A DNA stretch of 64,000 bases, from assembly GCA_021796225.1 (NCBI GenBank), contig JAJYOL010000003.1, forward strand, positions 28,042 to 92,041. Direction: 5' to 3'. Every line of letters begins with the position of its first letter. The stretch's first letter is position 1. A program made the position numbers and the translations under genes. A model generated the notes under the pieces. That model worked only from the letters and a program-made list of their open reading frames with translations. It did not search any database and had not been told where the DNA came from. Shown here one piece after another: positions 7,342-16,947 of this stretch. Source of the stretch: Candidatus Micrarchaeota archaeon (lineage in GTDB: Archaea; Micrarchaeota; Micrarchaeia; Micrarchaeales; CABMGC01).

Positions 7342-7920
7342 TTGGCTATAAGGCGGCATGGTGGGATTCCGCAACACGGAGCAGCGAATAAACGAAGATT
7401 AGCTTATGCGCGCGGGCAGGCTGCCCTTGATTTTCTCATATCCTACGGCTTCGTGATACTAGTCATAGGGGTTGCGATAGCTGTATTGATCGTATTCCAG
7501 CTGAACGGCACGTATACCGAAACGGATTACTGCAATCCCTCGCCGGGATTCTCCTGCGGATATTATTTCATTAACACGAGCGGGGAATTCAGCGTGCAGA
7601 TAGCACAGGTATCCGGCGCCAGCATGGTGATAAACGGGATAGCGTGCTCTACGGAGATCAACGCCACCGGAAACGGACCCGAATACGGCAACGTGCGTGT
7701 TAACGGAAGCGCATCATTTTACCCTCCGGGAGGGATGGGAAGCGGCACGTTATACAGCGGGAAAGCACAAACGTTCAATATGTACTGCTACAGATCTGGG
7801 GGCACCAACAAAGGGCTTTACGGCAACGGCGCAGCAGGATATGTATGGATGAATTACACGCTGCCGGGATACAAAAGCGAGGTCATAATGATAGCCTCGT
7901 TCAACACCAAGTATACCTGA
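7342..7920 (+). CDS. Class III signal peptide (pilin-like) protein, non-LamG; TTG start 1 nt after the rps2 stop
   Basis: KRRLAYARGQAALDFLISYGFVILVIGVAIAVLIVF has a basic stretch, G|Q(+1)..D(+5) and a hydrophobic helix. The body is Cys-containing and carries N-x-S/T sequons. Confidence 0.55.
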   Translation: MAIRRHGGIPQHGAANKRRLAYARGQAALDFLISYGFVILVIGVAIAVLIVFQLNGTYTETDYCNPSPGFSCGYYFINTSGEFSVQIAQVSGASMVINGIACSTEINATGNGPEYGNVRVNGSASFYPPGGMGSGTLYSGKAQTFNMYCYRSGGTNKGLYGNGAAGYVWMNYTLPGYKSEVIMIASFNTKYT

Positions 7921-7922
7921 AT

Positions 7923-8999
7923 TTATTTTGGCGCTTTTCCTTCTTCTGATTTTAATGGATGCGACTCCAGCGTGAAATAAATAATAACCAATATAGACGC
8001 TGATACTATCAGAAATGCGAGAGGAAGCATCCCCGCGGACAATGCTGGTTTCAGCAGAAAAGCCGCTGCAAGAAAGATGTTGATAAACGCAAAAAGCGGC
8101 GGGATTGCAGGAAGTGGAACCATGTATTTCCTGAGCAGGAGCATCGTGGCCATTACGCCTACGGCAGCACCTATTGCAATCATCACAGGAACGAAAAGTC
8201 CGCCGAAGCTTATGTACGCACCGACGGATAACGTAAGGGGTATTGCAAGATCCCCTGCTCCGAGCATTATCTGGGACATTACTGGGATGGAACCACGCTT
8301 GACGTATTTCTTCAGCACGGGATTCGCGGTACTCAATGCGCTTGCGCTGCGCATCGCCTCCTTCCTGTCTTTCGCGTTAATCGCGTTGGCAGACACCAAT
8401 GACACGTCCGAAGAACCTATCAGAAAAGAGAGATTGCGGCTTGCCATCGCACGGGCCATTACCTGCATGTGCTTCGTTATGAATACCGCAACGTAATCGT
8501 ATACCGCTACTAACATCATCAGAAGGTAGCTGAACGAGAAACCGTACATGCCTATGACTATCCCTATGCCCACGCTGGATATTATCGTAGTTGCGTTTCT
8601 CAAACCAGGATTCCTGCTCTTTGCATAGATGAGAAATATTGCTCCGGCTGCGGCAGGAAGCGTTGCTTCTGACGGAGGCAGTGACGGCAATATCCGCCCG
8701 ATGACTATCAGGAAAATGAAGAAAGAAGGCACGCCGACCACATACGCTTCAAGCGCCTTGTAAAGCAATTCGCCGTGATATCTCTTCAACACCACAACTA
8801 GTATGATTGACGCCACTATCATGTATACGAGCAGCAGAAGCGCCTGCGACGCCCCTGTTGTCGGTGCAGTTGACGATGTAATGAGTGATATTGCCCATGG
8901 CGGGAGCGAGAAGAATATCAGGAATATCCCGAGAAATTGCACGATGAGGAAAAGCGCCAGTATGTCCACTAACTGCCTATTTTCTATCCGCCTGTTCAT
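7923..8999 (-). CDS. Presenilin / signal-peptide-peptidase-like intramembrane aspartyl protease (A22 family homolog)
   Basis: Polytopic membrane protein with YD (AVYDYVAVF) and GxGD (LGAGDLAIPL) motifs in adjacent TM segments, plus a PAL-like PLPAIPP near the C-terminus. Confidence 0.65.
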   Translation of the reverse strand: MNRRIENRQLVDILALFLIVQFLGIFLIFFSLPPWAISLITSSTAPTTGASQALLLLVYMIVASIILVVVLKRYHGELLYKALEAYVVGVPSFFIFLIVIGRILPSLPPSEATLPAAAGAIFLIYAKSRNPGLRNATTIISSVGIGIVIGMYGFSFSYLLMMLVAVYDYVAVFITKHMQVMARAMASRNLSFLIGSSDVSLVSANAINAKDRKEAMRSASALSTANPVLKKYVKRGSIPVMSQIMLGAGDLAIPLTLSVGAYISFGGLFVPVMIAIGAAVGVMATMLLLRKYMVPLPAIPPLFAFINIFLAAAFLLKPALSAGMLPLAFLIVSASILVIIYFTLESHPLKSEEGKAPK

Positions 9000-9073
9000 A
9001 CTTACGATACGTAGGCAAGTTTCAAAAAGGTGTCGTGGCGAAGGTCTACGAAAATAAATCCTGTTTTAGCAAT

Positions 9074-9646
9074 TCAGGGGGCGCGCCACTCGGGCTTGCC
9101 CATCAGAACTTCGAGTTCGGAAAGCATATCTATGCTTTTGAATTTGCGCAATTTTTTACCTTCTAGCGTGCCTATTACGCGTTTCAACGTTTCGGATCCT
9201 TTCCCGCACATGAATTCGAACACAGTTGAATAATTTTCCATCGCCTTTATTCCGCAATAATCCGTAGCTTCGCTTACTATGTCGTCCTTAAGTTTCCTGA
9301 GAGGATAACCGCGTCTACGCAGCCTTTTCATGAGCACATGCAGGTGTTCACGCAGCACAAACACAACCGCACCTTTGATTTTCATGTCGCATAGCAGATG
9401 TCCTTCCAATATCACGTCTTTTTTCGCATTTTTCTTCAGTTCGGCGGATATTGCCTTGGATAGGGCGTGCATCTTTACGATCATGGCATCGTCTTCGGCA
9501 TATCCCGTAAAAAGACGTTTTCGTGACACTAATTCGTTCACATTTACCACTACGGAGCCTTTCAGTTTTTTTGAAAGTTTGTCTGCGAGAGTAGTCTTGC
9601 CAGTACCGGGGGTTCCGGTTATGACGATTATGCGTCGCTGGCGCAC
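9074..9646 (-). CDS. Fap7/AK6-like P-loop nucleotide kinase (ribosome biogenesis NTPase)
   Basis: IIVITGTPGTGKTTLADKL Walker A, then VVFVLREHLHVLMKRLRRRGYPLRKLKDDIVSEA, which resembles the Fap7 family. Confidence 0.65.
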   Translation of the reverse strand: MRQRRIIVITGTPGTGKTTLADKLSKKLKGSVVVNVNELVSRKRLFTGYAEDDAMIVKMHALSKAISAELKKNAKKDVILEGHLLCDMKIKGAVVFVLREHLHVLMKRLRRRGYPLRKLKDDIVSEATDYCGIKAMENYSTVFEFMCGKGSETLKRVIGTLEGKKLRKFKSIDMLSELEVLMGKPEWRAP

Positions 9647-9647
9647 G

Positions 9648-10265
9648 TTACTTGCCTTTTGTCGCGTTCAATCTACCCGTTGCGGTATCGAATGCCGCAT
9701 TCATTTGGCTTTGCAGATTCTCCACGACAATTACGGGGCTTGAATCCATGTTTATTGAAAGCACATAGTTTTTCTGCCCGGAAAACATCCAATGCCCCAG
9801 CTTGTAGTTCTTGTACTCGGTAGACATGTCGGAAACGTAAGTCGAAACATTGATCAGTTTTGCTATCAGCGCGTCAATGGAATTGTTGTAATCGTCTATC
9901 CCTATCTCCTCGACACCTGTGCTAGTAGGCGTTATGTTGTTTAGGCGAACGTAGGGTATGCGCGCAAGTGCGGCCTTGGTGCTTACCGCTTCGTCTATCT
10001 TTGAGCATTTCGCATCTTCTTCCTTAAGCGCATTGTTGAACCTGTCCACTTCGTCATGCATTGATTCCATCATGTTCGAAAAATATTCGTCGACATATGC
10101 ACGTATTTTCTTGATTTTGTCGTCTATGTCAACCATCGACGAGAATTTGTCCGGATTTAGGAAAAAGTCCCTTAGACTCATTCCGTAGTCCTTTCTTATC
10201 TGATCATCCATGTCCGATAGAAACGTGTCGAATTCATCTCCCCAAGGGAGCGGTTCTCCTGCCAT
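9648..10265 (-). CDS. Hypothetical acidic protein
   Basis: 205-aa ORF, 1 nt upstream of the Fap7-like gene (probable operon). No motif recognised. Confidence 0.5.
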   Translation of the reverse strand: MAGEPLPWGDEFDTFLSDMDDQIRKDYGMSLRDFFLNPDKFSSMVDIDDKIKKIRAYVDEYFSNMMESMHDEVDRFNNALKEEDAKCSKIDEAVSTKAALARIPYVRLNNITPTSTGVEEIGIDDYNNSIDALIAKLINVSTYVSDMSTEYKNYKLGHWMFSGQKNYVLSINMDSSPVIVVENLQSQMNAAFDTATGRLNATKGK

Positions 10266-10321
10266 AACATTACCTGAATTAACAGGATATTTGATTGATT
10301 TAAACCTTTCGGGACGGGCTT

Positions 10322-12103
10322 TTGCGTGTGGATTACGACGTTAGTGGCAAAGCATATTATCCTTTGCTGGCAGTTATAAACGGTGTTTGCATGGGAGACT
10401 GTAAGTTAAGATTCTGGAATGGCGATGATGGGATTGTAACGGAGAATTTCTCCGGGGAAGAAGACGCCAAACTTGCAGAAGTAACCACAAATGCTACAGA
10501 TAACGTATATGCGTGGAGGATAGGGGACAATCTGACTCCGGAACAGGCCGGCGCCCTTCTTTCGAGATACAGCAGAACCGCACTGACTGGAAGGAGACTT
10601 TATCTGAAAGAATTTTTGCCGAACAAAGCAAGAGGGAGGGAATTCTTCGAGTCGTGGCTTGTCGATTACGGAGACGATTCGATACAGGAGATGGCAGGGG
10701 GCATACCGTTGTCTGCGGAATACATATCCAACGTCGCAGCAAAGGAAGTTGAAGATTCGCGCATGGCATCATACATAGAAAAATCCACAAGATACGTGTT
10801 CTTTGATAAGAAACTGCCGGATGGAGAATACATGTTTTACAAGGACAAGGATATCATGGAATCGAGATATAACGACAGATATCTTTCGCTTATGCGAAGC
10901 CTGTTTGATTCCTATGTGAAGAACATGGAAGCCATGCAGAAGCACATATCGGACAGCAACCCGTACGAAAGCCAGCATTTCAGGATTGGAGACAAAACGG
11001 TGTCCCCTTCGGATCTTAAGGAAAGCAGCGAAGAACAATACGGAATAACCGAACAGGAGCTTAAATCGGCATATGCGAATGCGACAAAGGCAAATGCGCT
11101 TGATTTCATGCGTGATTACCTGCCAATGTCGGTCTTGACGCATGTCGGCATGAGCATGAATGCACGTTCTTACGAGAATGTAATATTTAAGATGCAGGCA
11201 TCGCCCCTCAAGGAATGCAACAGCATAGGAAACCGGATGCATGCGGAACTCATGAAAATTGCACCGTCACTAATTAAGCGCGTCGGGGAAAGACATGGAA
11301 CGGAGCAGGTCGCATTTCTAAGGGAAAAATTCGCCTCCGCGGCAGACGCAGTTGGGGAGATTGCACTGCCTGAAGTCGCCCACGCATCGGAAGGCGTCTC
11401 CCTTGCATACTTTACCGGCAGGGAAAGCAAAACTCCAGATACTGAGGCACAGACGGTCCTTGCTTCTGCAATACTTTACAAATTTTCAGAAGGTCTGTCA
11501 ATGGAACAGGCAAGACAAACAGTATCGGATATGGGAGAAGAAAAGAGAAAGAAGATAATAGATGCGTACGTCGGAAAAAGAACGAATAGGAGAAACAAGC
11601 CCGGAAGAGCTTTTGAAAATGTGGAATACACGTTCGATTTCTTTGGACGGATAGGGATTTACAGGGATCTTCAGAGGCACAGAATAGGAACACAGGAGCG
11701 CCAGCCATTTACGACCAAAATGGGTTACAACATGCGCGGCGAATTTGAAGACGTTGGAATAAGCGACGATTACAAATCCAAGATGGCTGAAGTGAAGACG
11801 CTTCATGACGACCTGCATGCATCAATGCCCTACCAGTCCCAGTATGTTGTCACTTTCGGGTTCAATACCAGATGGTACTATAAGGTAAATGCAAGACAAT
11901 TTTTCCATTTCAGCGAATTGAGGACCACACCAAGCGGGCATCCGGACTATAGGAAACTCGTGCAGGATGCCTACGGAAAGATAAAGAATGTGCACCCGTC
12001 AATAGCCGCGCATATGGGATTCATAAATCTCGGAGACAAGAAAATAGGAAGACTGGAATCCGAGATACGGATAGTGCAAAAGCGGAAAGGAATCGGCAAG
12101 TGA
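10322..12103 (+). CDS. Long tandem-domain ThyX-family protein (flavin-dependent thymidylate synthase-like); start uncertain (ATG at 10391 possible)
   Basis: Half 1 has LLSRYSRTAL and RDYLPMSVLTHVGMSMNARSYENVIFKM. Half 2 has YRDLQRHRIGTQERQ and NTRWYYKVNARQFFHFSELRTTPSGHPDYR. These resemble the ThyX RHR and NxR..H...LR motifs. Confidence 0.6.
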   Translation: MRVDYDVSGKAYYPLLAVINGVCMGDCKLRFWNGDDGIVTENFSGEEDAKLAEVTTNATDNVYAWRIGDNLTPEQAGALLSRYSRTALTGRRLYLKEFLPNKARGREFFESWLVDYGDDSIQEMAGGIPLSAEYISNVAAKEVEDSRMASYIEKSTRYVFFDKKLPDGEYMFYKDKDIMESRYNDRYLSLMRSLFDSYVKNMEAMQKHISDSNPYESQHFRIGDKTVSPSDLKESSEEQYGITEQELKSAYANATKANALDFMRDYLPMSVLTHVGMSMNARSYENVIFKMQASPLKECNSIGNRMHAELMKIAPSLIKRVGERHGTEQVAFLREKFASAADAVGEIALPEVAHASEGVSLAYFTGRESKTPDTEAQTVLASAILYKFSEGLSMEQARQTVSDMGEEKRKKIIDAYVGKRTNRRNKPGRAFENVEYTFDFFGRIGIYRDLQRHRIGTQERQPFTTKMGYNMRGEFEDVGISDDYKSKMAEVKTLHDDLHASMPYQSQYVVTFGFNTRWYYKVNARQFFHFSELRTTPSGHPDYRKLVQDAYGKIKNVHPSIAAHMGFINLGDKKIGRLESEIRIVQKRKGIGK

Positions 12104-12132
12104 TACGCACGGTGCAGTTGAAAAACAGGGTT

Positions 12133-12144
12133 TCTTTATATATT
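12133..12144 (+). promoter_or_regulatory. Putative TATA box upstream of the DUF929-like operon
   Basis: TCTTTATATATT lies about 30 nt upstream of the ATG at 12173, which would give a leaderless or very short-leader transcript. Confidence 0.35.
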
Positions 12145-12172
12145 TGACGTGAGATAACTATACGGTTATTTA

Positions 12173-13216
12173 ATGGCAGTAAGAGCAAAGCGGCGTACGG
12201 CTGCACGAGTGGCATCAATGCATTCCCATCACAATCCGCCAAGTGCAATTGCGATAGCTGCACTGATACTCAGCATAATGGCAGTATTGATAGCGATGTT
12301 TGCGGTGTACGGCGAAGTGGGATATACGCAATATCTGCAAAAGCAGCTTTCAATGGATAATACGACAGCTACGGCAACGGCTTCTGCGACACACGGCCTT
12401 ACGGGATTGGGCAAAGAGTTCAACGCCACGGAACTGTCAACCATAAATAATGCCCCTGACGCTTATTTTGAGGAAGCGGGAATGATGTTTCTTAACGGCA
12501 CGCTCTCGAATCCTGTGCTTGCCAGCTCAACGCCTGCAGGAGGAACATTTACGATAAACGGAAAACCTTCCGTAATATACTTGGGTGCAACCACCTGTGT
12601 TTACTGCGCAGAGAACAGATGGGCAATGGCGCTCGCACTATCTAGATTCGGAAGCTTTGGAAAGTTGTATTACGGATACAGTTCACTCGGAGACGGTGAC
12701 GTTCCTACGGTATTTTGGTCACAGGACAATTACAACACGAGCGCAGGAATGGATACCAATGCATCGTATTCAAGCAGCTACATAAACTTCCTGCCGTTTG
12801 AAGATGAAGCTCCATTAAAAGGAGGATTTTCAATACAGCCGCTGCAAACCATGCAGGCATTTGTAAACAACACGGGCAATGCAACAAAGATTGCCGCTTT
12901 CAATTATATCATCGGATTGCAGGGAAACAGCACTACTGCATTCAGTGGCACGCCTTACACAATATGGGGCAATTCGCTCTTTAAGGGCGCAGACGCCGTT
13001 GACTTCGGAAACAGCACACCGACAGGCACAACGCTCGATATTGCATTAATGACGCATGCGGAAATACTGAAGCAGTTTGCTTCTCCAAAAGATCAATTCG
13101 CATGGACGGAGTATGCCGCAGCCGATGTATACATAGCAGGCATGTGCGAAGCGTTGAACAACACTGCACCGGTATGCGCATTGCCTGCCATAACGGCCAT
13201 ACAGCAAAAAGGATGA
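12173..13216 (+). CDS. Membrane-anchored DUF929-like thioredoxin-fold protein with a CxxC motif
   Basis: N-terminal TM helix (AIAIAALILSIMAVLIAMFAV), then YLGATTCVYCAENRWAMALALSRFGSFG, which I recall as the DUF929 signature. Confidence 0.55.
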   Translation: MAVRAKRRTAARVASMHSHHNPPSAIAIAALILSIMAVLIAMFAVYGEVGYTQYLQKQLSMDNTTATATASATHGLTGLGKEFNATELSTINNAPDAYFEEAGMMFLNGTLSNPVLASSTPAGGTFTINGKPSVIYLGATTCVYCAENRWAMALALSRFGSFGKLYYGYSSLGDGDVPTVFWSQDNYNTSAGMDTNASYSSSYINFLPFEDEAPLKGGFSIQPLQTMQAFVNNTGNATKIAAFNYIIGLQGNSTTAFSGTPYTIWGNSLFKGADAVDFGNSTPTGTTLDIALMTHAEILKQFASPKDQFAWTEYAAADVYIAGMCEALNNTAPVCALPAITAIQQKG

Positions 13217-13222
13217 CTGCCG

Positions 13223-13750
13223 ATGCCAAAACGGGAATATAAAACCAACAGACTTAAAGCGCTCACAGGAATATTCTCGAAGCCGTTATACGCGATCATA
13301 GGCATATTAAGCAGCATTGGTTACTTTACCCTGTTTTATTTAATGGTAAAAAGCAGCAACTATGGAATATTCCTGCTGACCGTGCCCGTTTACGTTATCT
13401 ACGTCATATCAGTAACGTCCGGCATTCTCCTGTCGCTAAGCCTGTTTTCAATATTCAAATCCCTGCTTTCCGTAAGAACGGGAGTTGCCGGAGGGGTATT
13501 GAGTGTCGTATTGCCGTCCGTAGGAAGCACCGTAATCACGTGCGCATGCAGCTACCCGATTATAGGAACGTTTCTTTTGTTCGTAGGGGTAAACGCACTG
13601 GAGCTGTCTGCGGCAATATCGACGCTGGCGCGGTATGATACGGCAGCCGCATTTCTGATAATAGCAATAAACGTCGTGGCGATATACTACTATCTTGGAA
13701 GGATAGCGAAGGCGGAAGGACTTGTTCACAAAAGAAAGGCTAAGCGTTAA
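13223..13750 (+). CDS. Hypothetical 4-TM membrane protein with an intramembrane C-x-C
   Basis: Four hydrophobic segments, with ITCACSYPIIG in TM3. It lies 6 nt downstream of the DUF929-like gene. Confidence 0.5.
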   Translation: MPKREYKTNRLKALTGIFSKPLYAIIGILSSIGYFTLFYLMVKSSNYGIFLLTVPVYVIYVISVTSGILLSLSLFSIFKSLLSVRTGVAGGVLSVVLPSVGSTVITCACSYPIIGTFLLFVGVNALELSAAISTLARYDTAAAFLIIAINVVAIYYYLGRIAKAEGLVHKRKAKR

Positions 13751-13766
13751 ACCCAGGCATACGTAC

Positions 13767-14288
13767 ATGGAAAAATGTTTCATTTTTAACAAAGGGCTTC
13801 GCCTCCCGGCAAAATTGAGAAAAAAATTGGGGGGGAAGTATGGAAAACTCGTACAGGCGGAACATATAAGTCGTTTGTTGAAGAAAAGTGACACTGTATT
13901 TGCGATAGGTGACGTGACCTGCAATGAAATGCTTAGCGCGGGAGTCCTGCCCAAAATTGCAATATTTGACCTTAAAACGGGAAGGAAGCGGGTTAGATAC
14001 CGAAGGATAAAATGCAGTTACCCTGATCCAGTAATCGTAAAAAATATCCCGGGAACGATAAGTCGTGAGATATGGAATGCCGTAAAGAAAGCGGCGAAGG
14101 GGAATAGACCGGTCGGAATCAGGGTTTATGGAGAAGAAGACCTTGCTTCATTGGCATGCATACACTTCGCACCTATTAATGCGGTTGTTGCATACGGTAT
14201 ACGCGGGAAAGGAATGAATTTCATACGCGTAAATGATAAAATAAAGAAAACGGTAAACGGAATTTTGCTGCAGATGGAACAGTTCTGA
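13767..14288 (+). CDS. GTP-dependent dephospho-CoA kinase (archaeal DUF359 family)
   Basis: VFAIGDVTCNEMLSAGVLPKIAIFDLKTGRKRV and VYGEEDLASLACI resemble the DUF359/COG1909 signature. Confidence 0.65.
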   Translation: MEKCFIFNKGLRLPAKLRKKLGGKYGKLVQAEHISRLLKKSDTVFAIGDVTCNEMLSAGVLPKIAIFDLKTGRKRVRYRRIKCSYPDPVIVKNIPGTISREIWNAVKKAAKGNRPVGIRVYGEEDLASLACIHFAPINAVVAYGIRGKGMNFIRVNDKIKKTVNGILLQMEQF

Positions 14289-14302
14289 AGCGAGACCGCG
14301 CC

Positions 14303-15196
14303 TTATTTCCTGTAAAGCTTCTTTTCTATCTGAAGCAGCAGGTCGAGTATCAAACCGCTTATTATCGATAGGAATCCGAGCACTATGAGCATGAATGCTA
14401 TCAGTGCCCTTCCAGGTTCGGTTAATGCACCGGTATGCATATAGCTTGCAACTACGGCAAGCCCCAAAACGAATCCTATGAAACCCAAAATGAGGCCAAA
14501 CCCACCGAATATGATCAATGGATTGTAGTCTCTGGCGTATCTGATTGAATGGCTCGCTATGTTAAGACCGTAAATCGGCTTTGCGCGCGTTATCCTTGAG
14601 GTAGATCCCTTGCGCGGAACGTAGCTTATTGGGACTTCGGCTATCCTATATCCCCTGCGGGCAAGTTCTATCTCGAAAAACATGGTGCCTGCACGGTAAG
14701 GTTCTTCTTCACGTATCGAATCGAACGCTTTTTTCGTCATTGCAAAGGAACCGCTGAGCGCGTCGTGAATCTTCTTCCGGTAAAGTATGTTGAACAGACC
14801 CGTTAGGAACCTGTTGCCCAGTGATATTGAAAGGGTCATTGCACCGGCCGCAGGATGATCAAGCCTGTTTCCGCATACAAAATCCGCTTTTCCTTTGCTT
14901 ATCTCGGCAACTACGTTTTTGAAATCGTTTATCGAATAGGTACCGTCAGGGTCTAAGGTACTTATCACGTCGCCGCTCGCCTTCTGAAATCCTTCCATCA
15001 ATGCGTTTTCATATCCGTCCGTTTCCTGTTTTAATATGATGGCGTCGGTATCCAGTAATTTTTTCCTGTAAGCCGCATTGCTCTTGTCTACCACTATGAT
15101 TTCGGTGTTGGATCCGAATGCTTTTCTCAGCATGAGGATTGACTTACGGGCAGTGGGCTCGTTTTTCGTAGGCACTATGATGCTTAGTTTCGGCAT
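14303..15196 (-). CDS. GT2 glycosyltransferase, dolichyl-phosphate hexose synthase-like, with C-terminal TM helices
   Basis: LSIIVPTKNE...TLDPDGTY (DxD) GT-A core, followed by two C-terminal hydrophobic helices. Confidence 0.8.
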   Translation of the reverse strand: MPKLSIIVPTKNEPTARKSILMLRKAFGSNTEIIVVDKSNAAYRKKLLDTDAIILKQETDGYENALMEGFQKASGDVISTLDPDGTYSINDFKNVVAEISKGKADFVCGNRLDHPAAGAMTLSISLGNRFLTGLFNILYRKKIHDALSGSFAMTKKAFDSIREEEPYRAGTMFFEIELARRGYRIAEVPISYVPRKGSTSRITRAKPIYGLNIASHSIRYARDYNPLIIFGGFGLILGFIGFVLGLAVVASYMHTGALTEPGRALIAFMLIVLGFLSIISGLILDLLLQIEKKLYRK

Positions 15197-15260
15197 GCGT
15201 GTCGATACGTATTCAACTAAAATAAATATAAACGTGCTTGAATGCTGAAAACGGGCTTCT

Positions 15261-16817
15261 TCAGCCTGTTACGTTAAGACGTGTTGCAAGATGCACAAGA
15301 CTTGCCGGAAGGAAATCGTAAGTGTAATACCTATACAGATTCGGATCGGCAATTGCAGCCGGCATCGTGATGTTCTTGTATTCCGAAACGTTTGCATAAT
15401 AAACGCTGTGCACCTCTTCGCGTATATTTGCCGATGAATTTGACAGGATTGCGTAAAATGTGCACGTGCCGGCATAAGACAAATTAAATCGAATGTTTCT
15501 TGAAGTGATACTTGAACCGTATCCGTATTCGGACAACGCATCGGAATATCTCGAGAGCCTGTGGTCTGTTCCGACACTGGAGAGCACGTCTGCGAATCCT
15601 GTGGTGTTGTATACGCCGAATATGCGGATCGGAGAAGTGGAATTCAGAGTCACCGTTGTGTGCACGTATATTCCGGAAGTGCATACCGTCTGCGGTGTCA
15701 TGAACCTGGATACGGTAACGTTGTAGACGCTCGTGGAATTTATCCATCCGCCCTTGGTATAATACAGCGGCCTCGTTGTATTCCTAATATTCGAATGCAG
15801 ATTTCCAATGCCAGCGTTGAAAAAGCGGTATGTGCCGTTGGATAAGAAGGATGGCGGCTGTTGCATCAAGGTCGAATTGAATGACGTATTATAACCGTAA
15901 AAATACAGGAACAGAATGCTATTGTTCATCGACTTGTTGAGGTGGAGTATAACGTGTTCTTTCCCGAATGATGCAGAACTGTTTTGTATAAGCACGGCCG
16001 TTATTTGCTTGCCATTGGGATAATAGAAGCGAATATTCCCCGATTCGGGATTTGTAAAATTAGAATAACCTTTCAAATCCAGATATATTGGATATTCGTA
16101 TGTACCGTTCAATGATTGGGCCGTGCCGGAATTCTTTTGCAGATACACGTTTGCATGCGGTATCAAATTCGTGTGCGTGATGACGCCCATGGGCCATATC
16201 GGCGCGATTAAAATTACCGACGCCATCGCCAATCTTGCCCATGCGATTTCCCTGACATGCCTTTCGAAGAAGCCGTTTACGGTTTTGTACGCGCGTACAG
16301 TATAATGTCCGTTTTGCGAATACAAAATGCGAACGAACAGATTCAGTACGACGCTTATCAGCAAATAGTAGCCCACTATGGCCATGTTTATGGAAACGAA
16401 TTGCGGCGCGAAAGGAATCAGCATGTATATGAAAATGGGCAGCGTTGCTCCGAATGCGACTATTGCCGCATATGTTTTATCAAGGCGCATTTTTACGCAG
16501 GCATACAGAAGCAGCGCTATTACAATGGCAACGGCAATCGAATATTGCATTATTATCGAGGAAAAGCCGGTCATGTAAAGCATGGAACCGGCGTAGATAA
16601 ATGCGATTGCGATTCCGAGAACCGAATTTGCCGCCTTGCGCCTTTTAAGCATCAATCCGAGAGCAAGAAAGAGCAGGAATGAATACAGGATGAATGTGCT
16701 ATTATCGAGAATTACGAAATATACTGTAAAGATTATTGCCAATAGGTAAAGAAGGAACTTTCCGACATGCGCCACAAGCCCGTTTGCAAATGCACGTGTG
16801 GTATTTTTTGTTTTCAT
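15261..16817 (-). CDS. Polytopic membrane protein (about 7 TM) with a large sequon-rich extracellular C-terminal domain
   Basis: The N-terminal ~210 aa are hydrophobic helices. The C-terminal ~300 aa carry about 19 N-x-S/T sequons. Confidence 0.55.
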   Translation of the reverse strand: MKTKNTTRAFANGLVAHVGKFLLYLLAIIFTVYFVILDNSTFILYSFLLFLALGLMLKRRKAANSVLGIAIAFIYAGSMLYMTGFSSIIMQYSIAVAIVIALLLYACVKMRLDKTYAAIVAFGATLPIFIYMLIPFAPQFVSINMAIVGYYLLISVVLNLFVRILYSQNGHYTVRAYKTVNGFFERHVREIAWARLAMASVILIAPIWPMGVITHTNLIPHANVYLQKNSGTAQSLNGTYEYPIYLDLKGYSNFTNPESGNIRFYYPNGKQITAVLIQNSSASFGKEHVILHLNKSMNNSILFLYFYGYNTSFNSTLMQQPPSFLSNGTYRFFNAGIGNLHSNIRNTTRPLYYTKGGWINSTSVYNVTVSRFMTPQTVCTSGIYVHTTVTLNSTSPIRIFGVYNTTGFADVLSSVGTDHRLSRYSDALSEYGYGSSITSRNIRFNLSYAGTCTFYAILSNSSANIREEVHSVYYANVSEYKNITMPAAIADPNLYRYYTYDFLPASLVHLATRLNVTG

Positions 16818-16947
16818 TAAATATCAGCATCTTACATGTACAGTTGCTGAATAAATGTTTTGTGATGCGCCTGTAGTGGGAAAACATTTATCGGATGTTT
16901 TTTTAGCTTTGCGAGCGTATCTGTATTGTTCTTTTGTGTGATAAAAG

